A stretch of DNA of 64,000 nucleotides, from NCBI GenBank assembly GCA_015680685.1, contig MNCI01001630.1:452689-516688 (forward strand). Direction: 5' to 3'. Positions 13,401 through 25,400 of the stretch are shown here, one piece after another. The notes below the pieces were generated by a model. The model worked only from the letters and a program-made list of their open reading frames with translations. It made no database searches and had not been told where the DNA came from. This stretch comes from Gnetum montanum. Its lineage: Eukaryota; Plantae; Gnetophyta. Numbering within the stretch: position 1 is the first letter of the stretch; every line of letters starts with the position of its first letter. A program made the translations under genes and the position numbers.

Positions 13401-16400
13401 TTGAGTCACAAATAGCTTGCCTCCCAATTGCATTGGAGGTTGAGTAGCATGACCAAAGAGTCCCTTGACCCAAGGACACATTAGAGTTATGTACCATTTT
13501 CTTTAAATAGAGTTCATGCCTAGTTAGCATTGTAGTTGCGTTTTATATGCAATGGTTGTCTTTTATGTTTTTGTAGGGCTGGTTACCACATGATTGTGCC
13601 TCTAGCATGACCCACAATTGTGATGCCCTTGTGACTGCCAACAAAATAGAGGAGCAAGATTTGTGGTCTAGTTGTGCTGCGGTTGTGGTCATAGAAAGAA
13701 CAAGCAAGATGCCGCATTCCCTATTGGTGCACATCTTGTGGTATTCTTTTTGCTGGTTTATGCATGATGCAATCATAATCTATTCATGTTTGACATCACA
13801 ACCCCCTTTCAACTTGTAGTGAAGTTGTAGTTTGTTCTTTTGGAGCCACCAAGCCTTAGTCTTGATTTTTTCCTCTTCCATTGCATCGACTGGCCCTCCA
13901 TGCCTTTTGCTGCCAAATCTTTGATAGTTGGGTCTTGAGAAAATTTGACCATAGATACATCTCAAGACATATAGCCAACATGTTATATTAGAAACACTAT
14001 AGAGGAATATAATAATGTCTCAAATGTAACTTGAATTGGCAACTTCTTGCTAACAAGACAATGAGATAATCACTTGAGCCACCTATCAATTGCAAGAAAG
14101 GAAATTTATTATTGGTGGGAAATATGGTTTTCATTTGGACAATCTTTACATTGTTTTTAATGTTTTTACTTCAGTTGAAAATAGTGAATGTATTTGAGGC
14201 AATAATAGAAAGCTATGATGTAGTAGGAAACTTTTCAAAAGATTTACATGCATTAGAAAATTGTGATACATATTATGGTTCATTATTGTTGCACCACTTG
14301 GAGGTAACCTTGCATTAAGAACCTTTACCATTAGTGATAGGTTGCTTGTCAAAATTATTTTTTATCTTTGAGTTAACATTGTTTTTGTTGAATAAGGATG
14401 GATTTATCATATGCATTATCTGCACAGATTGATCAACACTTCTTGTAATAAAGGTAAAAATATCTGTGGAAACTTTTGTTTCCTTTAGTTTCTCTACTAT
14501 TGCTTTTTTCCCTATCCTTAGTAATAGTTCTGTTTCTTGTATCTTGGGCTCCAACATGGTTTTTTATATTTTCCTTAAGTAGAAAATGACATACACTAAA
14601 CAAATGCTCTTCATGATGATAAAAGCTAGAGGAGTTAGGGTGATTATAATACATAATTATCTAAATGTAAGCCTTCCTACTTGCTTGGAAACGTAAATTT
14701 AAAATAAATGCACTAATTAAAATCTTACCAAAAAAACTCACCAAAGTGCATGATTCCCTAACTTTGATATGTTTCATTTAAGGGGTAGGAGCCACCTTAG
14801 CTTTGGACATGTTGCTAGCAAAAATGGGGTATAGAGACATCACAACCTTTACAAGGTGAATTATCCCTCCTGACTAAACTCACTACCTTGCAAGATATAA
14901 ACCAGTGATTCAAATAAATATTGTAGTACAACCATGACCATCAGATAGTACTAGTTTCACTACCCCAAAGGTTATAACTCATACTTTTAAAATGTGAATT
15001 GGATCACAAATCATTTTCATTTTTGAGATTTTGGATTATTGATTATTTAGAAGTATGACCTGGAATCATCGAGAATCATAATATTGAAATAAGATAAAAT
15101 GTATCAAATTTCTAACAATCCTGAAATTGCTACTTACAATTGGAATCACAATTCTAGCAACAATTCATATAAGTATAGTATAATGTAATGACTCAAGGAT
15201 GATTAACGTCACAAGGATGACTATCACATGGACCAAATCCACTACCTTGCAATGTATGACTTAGCTAGCACAACTTCCTTATAAGACCTCATCACTACGC
15301 TACAGGGAATAAAGTGTGGAAATTAAATAAATTTACAAATTCATATTTTTACCCTGTAAAGCATGAGTTTCTTATACCTGAAACAAAGAAAAGTGCAACT
15401 TGGAATTCAAGAAAGTACAAGACTAAACCAATCATCCATACTACAAGTTCAATTCAAGATTGAAGAAAATATACAAAAGAATCTCTTTGCACAAATGAAC
15501 CGTTTGTTGAAGCACACTTGGCATTGAGGAGGAAGCCCTTGAATCAAATGCATAAGCCTTTAAATACTTGCATGAAGCCTTTGGTTCTTGATCAACATTA
15601 GAGAATCTCACAAATGAAGGCTTTGAAATGTAGTTTGAAGGACCATGAAAGAATAGAAGAATGAAACAATAGATTTATCTTATCTTCTCTTTATATTAGA
15701 ACACATGCTTTTCTTTTGCTCATCTTGCAACCCTAGGCAAGTAGCTATTGAATGCAATGATGATTTTATATGTTATCCAATAGTTATAAAAGATATCCTC
15801 TTTACATACAGGGTATCTTTTGTCTATAAAAGATGTCTTTTAAATTTCGAGGATGTCTTTTTCATTCATCCATTGCCTTGGATAAGTTGTCCTTTGGCCT
15901 AGAGGACATTTTCTAAATTTTAGTGTGTCATCAAACAAGGTTTTTTCTTTCCTTGAAAGATGTCTCCAATCAACAGCTTTTCTTGGTTAGGTCATTCTTA
16001 AAATGTAAGTTGTCTTTCCTTTTAGCTTGTTTAATAGAAGTCATCTTTTATTTTTAGAAGATATCTTTAGCACAAAGAACATCTTCTATATGTATGTTCT
16101 TTTGAGCTAGTACCGAAAGCCAAGTTGTCTTTCTCGGTTAAGGAAGTTTTTCAATCTTGAAAAACATGCCAAATTATTTTTTTAAAGCATGTTCTTGTGA
16201 TCACACATAAGGAGTCCAAACACACACAAAAGCTTGCTCCATTTACAAGTATTTGGCATGAATTGTGTTAGTATTCTATTGTTTCTTTCTCTCTCTCTTT
16301 TTGTATTATGGATTATTTGAATTTTGTGCCTAAGAAATTGTACCTTTATAACAAATAATTAATCATCTGTTAAGCCAACCAGTGTGATCCATAAAAAAAA

Positions 16401-19400
16401 GACCACAGTTTAAGGGTTTACCTACCCTGCAAATTCATTTCTTTGTACAAGTTATCAACATAGTTTCAAAGGTATCCTTTGAGCAAATTTCGTATTTTTT
16501 TCTTTGCATATGCATTTGATGGATCTAGCAATCTACTTTTAATACATTTTGATGTTACAAAATAGTAAGGCTACTTAGAGTGTTACATTGTATCGGAGTT
16601 AGTTTCAACAAAGAGGAAGAGAAATGATGAAACTCCTTCTAGTTACCAAATGCGAAGCAAATCTGTAAAAGATGGTATTACAACATTGTAGAATGTGGTT
16701 TCCAAGGTGCAAATGCCAAAGAGTCAGTTTCTTATGAAGGACACCTATCATTTCTAGAAAGATCAAATTGCCTTGATCCTCATAGTCAATGATTTGTTAG
16801 TATATTGCAATTTGTTGGTATATTGCAAAAAACCCTCATCACCAAATGCATTATGGGAATATAGACTAGCTAGCTTTACTACAACATCCATTATAAAAAA
16901 CATAGCGAGCCTAGAAGTTGCAAGAATTGTCTATGAAAAAAAAGATGCCTTTGATCTTTGGATAACACTGTACAAAATGTATGGAGAAATAAACAAAGTG
17001 AAGAAGAGAAATCTGGTCAGAAAAATTAGAACGTACTGAGTGCAACCTAGCTAGATCATTAATAAAATGGTAACCAACTTGGCCCAATGGACAACGTAAC
17101 TTGCAAGTACTGGTTATGAAATCGAAGATGAGGACTTGGTTGTAGTTGCCTTAGATTGTGTTCTATAAAAATATAAAGGTCAAGGAGATGCCTTGAATAT
17201 AGCACCCACCAAAGATGAGGACTTGATTGTAGCCATCTTAGATTCACTTTCGTAAAAATATAAAGGTCAAGTGGATCCTTGAATATAACACCTACCAACA
17301 AAGTCAATCTTAAAGGCAATGGAGAGGAGATCCATTGCAAGGAAAACCAAGATAGTGAAGGGCATAAGTCCAAATTGTAGTAGCAGAGGCAAGATTGCAT
17401 GGAAACACCAATACAAAGAAACTAAGGTTGACATGACAACAATGGAAGAATTTAGGATTAGAACTTGCTTCTTATAGTGTATACTTAGAAATTCTAAAGA
17501 TGGTAAAGGAGGCCCTATCCAAAACACATTCGAAAAGACAACGAAGATGAAATATTACATGTTGAAGAAAAGAGAAGTTTGGTAGTACCAGCACCATTAG
17601 TTAGAAAGACTATTAAAAGTCAGTGAGTCTTCATAACAAAAATAAAAGATGGTACGTTGGACAAGTACAAAGCTAGAATTGTGCGAAAGATGGAGATTTA
17701 GCAAAAACACTAAAAGAGGTTAGGCTTTCACTAGGAGTGATTGTAAGGTACTTGTTTCTCAAGTTGTAAGACCTGGGTTTGAGCCTAGGTGTAGCCACTC
17801 AAAGAGGCTAAGCTTTCACTCATCCACTGACCCTCCTAGGACCCTGCCTTGGTGGGACAAGGTTCGAGCCATTGGGTGATGATCCTTTTGATCCTTAAAG
17901 CTACATTTGCAAGTTAAAGAAAATACATCATAGAGTTGATAAAAGAATGTAAACTTGAGAATGCATCATCTTGAAGAATGTTGTTAATAGTTGGATTTAA
18001 AACTAACCTCTCTTTGTATGCACTTCTAATGCATCTAACAATATACTTTGTAATACATTTTGATGAAGCCTTCCAAGCCTCAAGGCCATGCCAGATCAAT
18101 CTTTTAGACATGTTTTTTCAATCAAACATAATGAGTTGAAACACACACAAAAGTTTGCTCTATGTACAAGTGTTTGACATCAACCAGAACTTAGGCAAGG
18201 TCAATAGATTGTTACTTCGTAGTTTCTAAGGTGATTCTGGGTATTCACCCCACAGTTTTTCTTATATAAAAACTCAATGATGAATAACAATTGGAGCAAA
18301 TTACATATTCTTAATTGTAGAAACTTAATGCAAATAAATATTAACTACCTGGAGAATGACTTAAACAGCAATCTTATAAGCAATCTTGTTGAAATGAGGA
18401 GGCTAAGCTTCCTATTTAGGTTTTTCTTTATGACGGCAATAGTGGTGAAATGAATTATTTAATCATTCCTTGTTTTGGAGACCAGACCTTTTTATTTTTA
18501 CTTCTTGCCGTCTTTCCCATATTTTTGTGGCTCCGGCTGATGATCCTTTTTGTCTTTTCCATGTTTTTGTAAAAAAAATAAAATAAAATTATCGCCTTTC
18601 TTAAAATATTGGTTTTTAAAAGGGTTAGTTTTATTAAAAGATATCTTATTATTTTTTTCGGTGCATTCCTTATAGAAGTTGTGCCTTTTGAGACATTTAA
18701 AATCATTGGAAAGCATGTGTTTTGTAAGTTGTGAACTCTCAAAGCTGGACCTGTGGAGAAGTGTATGTTACTAAGAGGCATTTGTGTAGAATACTGATTT
18801 TTTGTCTTATTTTAAAAGTTATTTTATGCCAATCCACAGGTCATTAGCTAAGGAAAAATGCTTTGAGAAAAACTTCAGTATGGTAGCTCAATTGTAAATT
18901 GGAAAGCTGTAAGAATGTGTTTGGTTATGATGTCATGCGTTCCTTATAGAAGTTGTGCCTTTTGAGACATTTAAAATTATTGGAAAGCATGTGTTTTGTA
19001 AGTTGTGAAGTCTCAAAGTTGGACCTGCGAAGAAGTGTATGTTACCAAGAGGCATTTGTGTAGAATACTATTTCAAAATTAGAAAAAAATTCTGATTTAA
19101 TTATGCTTTATGGTTAAGGAATGTTCTTTTAATCCATTTCTGTTAGGATGTTATCTGTGAGATGGTCATCCAATCTGAAAGATGTTTTTATGTGATGTAA
19201 TAGTTAACGGAGAAATACATCTAATGAATTTATTATAAAAAGACATGACTCTCTATTCAATGAACACATCGGTACAAGAGGGTCTCAGTGGATTTAAGGA
19301 AATACATTCCTTTTCAGTTTTAATAAACTATTTCCAAGGAAAGTGGTAAGTGTGTCTGAAAGTCTGTAGATATATATATGTACAAGAGACAAACATGAAC

Positions 19401-22400
19401 CCAACGGAACTATTGTATGTAGCAACATGAACCAACATGAACGAGGCACTCCGATTTTTGGCTAGAGTACTACCCGAACTCGTCTAAGTGTGCTAATAGT
19501 CTTTATTAAAAAAATAAAAAGAAAAGTTCGTACAAGGAAAAAGGAGCAATCTGTCGATAGACGGATAGTCCAAGAGGAGCCATGTGAGATTGTACCGAGA
19601 TACAGTATTGGTGTGCTTAACTAACAATTCAAATCAATCCATTATACAAGTTTGTAGTAATTCGTGAATGTACATATGAAAAGAAAATTGTGATACACAA
19701 TTTTGTTATTATGAAACCTGTGAATTGATTGGGATTAGTACTACATATTAGTTAAAGTCCTTGGTAAATTTCTACAATTTTCTGTTTTCTTTTTAAAAAT
19801 AATATTTTATATATACATTTGTATGATAGAAAAGTTCCTGATATTTTCTTTGCAACTATTGATTGTAACTATTAGGTCTATTTACTGTTTTAGAATGACT
19901 AATAATGAAACTCAAGATCACTGAAAATCCGAGTAATGTTTTTACTATTTTAAAACTTAAAAGGTAGCTGATACAATGTTGCATTTTATTATCATTGCTA
20001 AATACTTCTTGATAAATTCAGGTTTTAGCAGAGTGAGTGCGAGCGGAGTGAATGGGTATAGTGTGAGTGAAGGGAATGGGCATAGTGCGCACGGCAAGGG
20101 CGTGCGGCCTAGTCCGTAGGCGGCTGGCCATGAGGGGCACGCTATGGGGGAATATGTTGAGGGGGGCTCTGGGGCGACGAATGGGGACATTGAAGAATGC
20201 TCTCGTTCGGATGGCGTCATGCACCTTCGGGTCAATGGGCTGTCGATGGAGGAGGTGAGGACGATGGAGCGTAGTCTAATAGGATGCTTTGTATCTTCTA
20301 GCACCCACCCCCGAATGGACCTTATCCGACGGTGGACAAAGGAGGTGTGGGGAGAAGGGGCAGTGGACATGAGAAGCCTATCGAAGGACTTGCTCCTGTT
20401 TATTTTTTAGATGATGGAAGATCGTGATATGGTGCTCCAAGGTGGGCCGTGGTTCTATGGCGCTAGAGGGCTTGCTTTGACCCCTTGGTGGTTAGGGGCA
20501 CATTGAGAGCCGGACCTGTTTGCTTGTGCCCTAGTGTGGGTCTGTGTTTTTGGGATTCTGTGGGAGATGTGGAGCCTAGACTTCCTCAGGTAGATTGCTG
20601 GGTTTTTTAGTGAATTTATTACCTTCGATAAGGTGACACAGACAATGGAACGAATGGGTTTTGCTCATTTTTTGTGTGTGGCGGACCTTATCCTTGAAGG
20701 ACTTAATCAAGGAGGTTGTCCTCGAGCTCCCTGGTGGTGAGGAACAACTACGAGCTAAGTTTGAAAATTTGGAGATTGAGCCACCAGTGGAGAAAGCACT
20801 GCCCCCTTGAAAGGGATGGGGGGGTTTGCTCCCTTTGCGGGAAGAATGGGCATCGTGAGCCTGACTGTCAAGCTCGGGGTGGGGGAGCGAAGCTGGTGTG
20901 GGCTAAGGCGCATGAGCCGTGAGGTGGTGGGGATTTGATGGTGATTGGGTGTAAGGGATGGTTGTTCATGCCACCCCTGCCCCCTCCCCCATAGTGGTGG
21001 GCCTCTCCACTGTGGCGGGAGTAGGCCCTATGCTCTTCTCTAGTCTCTTTGCCATCAGTTGAGCCGATGGTACCTAGAATCGTGCTTCCCCCTCTTGGCG
21101 ATTAGGTTAATGTGGTCTGGGGGAGCACAAGATCTCAAAAGCCCGAGGAGGACTACCCTCAATTAGAGGATTTTGGATGCACCCTGATGTCACTAGTAGG
21201 GGGTCACCTTAGCCACCCTCTGAAAACTTGGTGCGGGAGAAGCAAACAAAAAGGAATATTGACTTGGGACTACAATAGACCCTGCGGGAGGTCTACCAGC
21301 GCCACTTGATTGGGCATGCATGAAGCTACTTTCATGGAATTGTAGGGGACAGGGTACACCCTATAAAAGAAATACCCTACAATAGATTGTTCACACTAAA
21401 GATTGTGACATTGTATGCCTTTAGGAAACCAAATTGCAGGTGGCAGAGGCTTGCCACCTTCATTGGGATGGCTGGAAGGTGCACCTGCGGCCCTGCGTGG
21501 GATGGGCAGGAGGCTTGGCTATCTTGGAGTGCTTTGAAATGCTCTTAGTTGACTCGTCGTAGTGGGCCCTGATTCTCCACATTCCCTCCTTGGGCCTGTG
21601 GTTGACCAACTTCTATGGGGCCCAAGCTTGGGAGCATAGGCCTTTGGAGTTGGAGCGTGTGGTGGCATTGGTGCAGGATCGTCGAGCATGGCTAGTTGTG
21701 GGGGATTTCAACCAGCGGCTTCACTCATGGGAAAAGTCTGCTGTTGGCTGCTCCCCTCCCCTTGGAGCCCAGGAGTTTCAAGACTTCTTGACGTCTTACT
21801 TGCTAGTTGACTTGGCAATTGAGAATTGTCAATTCACTTGGAGCAATAGGTAGAAGGGGGTTGACTGTGTACTCTCTAAAATTGATCAAGTTTGCATTAG
21901 CTCGAACCTCCTTTTGAGATTGGATGCGTGGGTCACAAGACAAGAGAGGGTCACCTCGAATCACCGATCGCTCATTTGCTGCCTTGGGCCTTCTAGGAAA
22001 TGGGCCTCTCGGTCATTTCGGTTTGAAGTGGCTTGGTTGCTCAAGCCCTAGTTATGCCCCTTGGTTGAGGACATTTGGGCGGACTACCAGTCGGGCCAAG
22101 GGGATCCTAGGAACTTTCTTCGAGAGGGGCTCTTCCATTTGAAGTGGGCTATCAGATCCATACTTGTGGAGGAGAAGTTCTCGTTCTAGATGGGCTGTGC
22201 AACCCTTCAATCCAGATTGGCCGAAGTGCAATCTCAACAAGAAGCTAGGGAGGACTTGCAAGATGAGGAGTAGAACATTTTGATGTGATTGCAAGCGCTT
22301 GACTTAGAAGAAGAAATCTATTGGAAACAAATGATCGTGGGTTAGGTGGCTCAGGGAGGGAGATAGATAGACGAAATTCTTCTTTGCTGTGGCCAAATCC

Positions 22401-25400
22401 CATGGGTGGAGCCAACAACACATGTTGTAGACTGACATGGGAGATTGGGTTGATGATCCAAAGGATATTGCTAGAGAATTGGCAAGGTATTGGGGGGTGA
22501 TTTGGGCAAAATGGCCTACAATGCCCATGTCAGTACGGGTTCCACGAGTGTTGGGAGAAGACGAAAAAGCTCGGTTGTTGACCCCGTTTTCTTGGTAGGA
22601 GCTGAAAGTGACTATTGGGGCCATGCCAGGAGGGAAGGCACCTAGGCTGGATGGTTGGAGTCTCAAATTCTTCAAGGAATTTTTTGATATTGTGGGACCC
22701 AACATCCTAGATGTCTTAAATTTAATGCTAACCAAGAGGTAGGTCTGCTGTGAGATCAACTGCTCCCGAATTGTATGCATTCCTAAACGCACTGATGCCT
22801 CTTCTCCGGCCCATTTTTGACCCATTGGGGTTTGTAACGTGTTGGTCCATATTTTCTCTAAGATGCTTGTGCGGAGGTTGGTCCCTATCATGCCTAGACT
22901 TGTTGGTGACAACTAGATGAGGTTCATTCAGGGACAAACCTTGCAAGACCAGGTGCTCCTCATGTAGGAGCTCCTTCACTCCCTACGTCTCTCGAAATTC
23001 CCTGGGCTGTGCCTCAAGTTAGACATTGCCAAGGCATACGATACGGTTAGTTGGGAGGCGCTTGTCCTCATTATGAGGCAGAAAGGATTTGATCCAGAAT
23101 TCATCCAACTATGTATTCACCTGCAATCTTCAGCCACATTCTCCTTCGATGTTTTGGGGGGGGGGGGGGGGGGGGGGCGCTATGGGGACTCTCGTCCCTC
23201 GGAAGGGGATTACGGCAAGGGGACCCTCTTTTGCCTTTGCTCTTTATCATCGGCATGGACCTATTGAGATACTATTGCAAGGCTGTGGGAGTGGGAGGCC
23301 TGAGAATTGTTGGGGTGGAATGTTTGGATGAGCACTATGCAGATGACATGATGCTGATTAGTCGGGTTGGGGTCCCACAAGCGCAAGGCATTGACCTAGT
23401 GCTTACATGGATGGTTGATGAGCTTGGCTTGGTGATAAATTGTGAAAAGTTGTCAGCACACTTCCTCAACGTTGATGCTCAAGTGAAAATCCGGGTTATG
23501 TAAATTTTGGGGGTTCCTTCGAGAACGATTTGAGACTCCTACTTGGGCGTTTCGCTATTTAATTGGGGACGATGTGTGGCTTGGGGGGCGGATCTAGAAA
23601 AAATTGAGACTCGGGTAGGAAACTGGGCGAATTGTTTCCTTACTCATAAAGGGCGGCGGGTGCCAGCATTGGGGGTGCTGGTAGCAATAGCACACTTTGT
23701 GGTTGTTGTCGCTACCCCCTGCGTGCTGTGATCTAGGCTATTGATCAACATGTGCGTAATTTCGTGTGGTCAGGAGGTAGGGGGGGTGCAAATTGCACTT
23801 GGCCAGTTGGAATCAAATTGTGAGCCCTCGGGTTGTGGGGGGTTTGGGGATTTCTAAATTTGAGGACAAATTGAGGCTCGGTCAGCAATGCATGCTATTT
23901 CGATTCACCCGCCAGGAGGAGGAGACGGCCCAGTGGGTATAGATAATGAATGCCAAGTACGTTAGATGGCAGTCGGGGGTGCATGATTCGAGGCCATGGT
24001 GGACACTTTGCCCCCATGCACAACGAATGCAATTGCGGGGGTGGTTGGATTGCGAGCTGCGCTGGCTGTTATCTGGCATGTATTCGTCAGTACTTGGATG
24101 CAGATATGGTAGGGCCGTTTGCCCAAAAAAATTAAAGTCTTTTTATGGCTTCTCAAAAGTAATGCCTTGTTGGTACGGGCGAATTTAAGGAGGCGGGGCT
24201 TCGATGTCGATGCCACCTACTTGCTTTGCAGGAATGAACCTGAAATTGTCTCGCATTTCACCTTTTAGTGTCTCTACATGCGTGCCATGTGGCATGCAAT
24301 GGGTTGGCCTCCCCCTTTGATGCTCTTGGGAAATTCGAGGCTACATTACTTTTATGGGAAGCCTAGAAAACTAAAAATCATAAAGTTTTTCAATAGCGTC
24401 GATTGCCCCCCCCTGTGCAGGTGGCTTCATGGGCTGCAGGAGTGTGGGAAGAAATCGTGGTTGCAATGGGGGTTATGTCGACCTACAAACCTAACTGTGA
24501 TGTGTTTCAGGCAAATACCAAGCTCTAGGGGATGGTAGAACATTGTGGCTGGGACAATGTCTTGCCGAGGCTAGTGGGTGACCCATCCCTCCCAGATGAT
24601 GCCTTTTTTACCAACTGGCGGGATAACCAGACAATTTTCCAGGGCATCGAAATTACCCTAATGGAGATAGTGATTGCCAGATATCTGGGGCCCAAGAAGA
24701 GGGTGAAATCATTTTGACCACTACCCAAGGGTTATAGGACGTTGACATGTTCTTTATTGGGCTAGTGCCACACACGTAGAGTTGGTAGGTGCCCAAGTTT
24801 GCTTTCCACTTGTTTGGGTGCAGGCTGCTGAGTTGGTTGACCAGTTTTTCATCCAATTTGGCAATGGGTCCAAACTCCAAGGCACACTTTGTGTTCCTAA
24901 AATGTTTGAAATTGGGAGTTAGGGTTAACTTGCCTCACTTTTTCCTGTCTGTCTTGCAACAATAGAAGAGGGGGTGCCATTTTGGGCTTATTTTGGCGCT
25001 TTGGTGCGGCCGCGGTCAGGCCTAGGACTGTTTGGGCTCTCAGGGTTGTCCTGGTCACAGGAGGGTCTGTTTGGTCCCTTTGGGTCCTCCTGGTTGGGGG
25101 CCATTCCTGCAGTGGTTTATTCCCATAAGCGCTCTAGCCTTTAGGAGTTGGGTGTCTCGACCCCTATGGTGGTGGTGGATGCTTTTCCATAGACGGAGTC
25201 TGGACGTGATGTGTTACAGGTAGAGGAGCTAAACCATGTGGGAGAGGAGGTGGTGGCTGTTGCTCATGCTAAGGAATAGCGAGAATGGCCAGATGGGAGG
25301 AAACCCTTGCTCAAGTGTAGGCTGACTTGGAAGCCTGCTTCCAGGAGTGAGAGCAGGAGTTGCCTCGGCAGCAAACCTTGATGGCGGAGGCTGCCCAAGC

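Larger units (their letters stand above)
16190..18180 (+). mobile_element. Heavily deleted Copia remnant (gag and RT-start fragments between two short LTR-like direct repeats)
   Basis: gag-like KDAFDLWITLYKMYGEINKVKKRNLVRKI (16773-17039) and RT-start KDGTLDKYKARIV near 17645. AAACACACACAAAAG-centred repeats lie near 16200-16260 and 18120-18180. Confidence 0.55.

Noticed and set aside
14000-14650. Cluster of short ORFs in intron 1
   Set aside because: No recognisable motif or splice structure.
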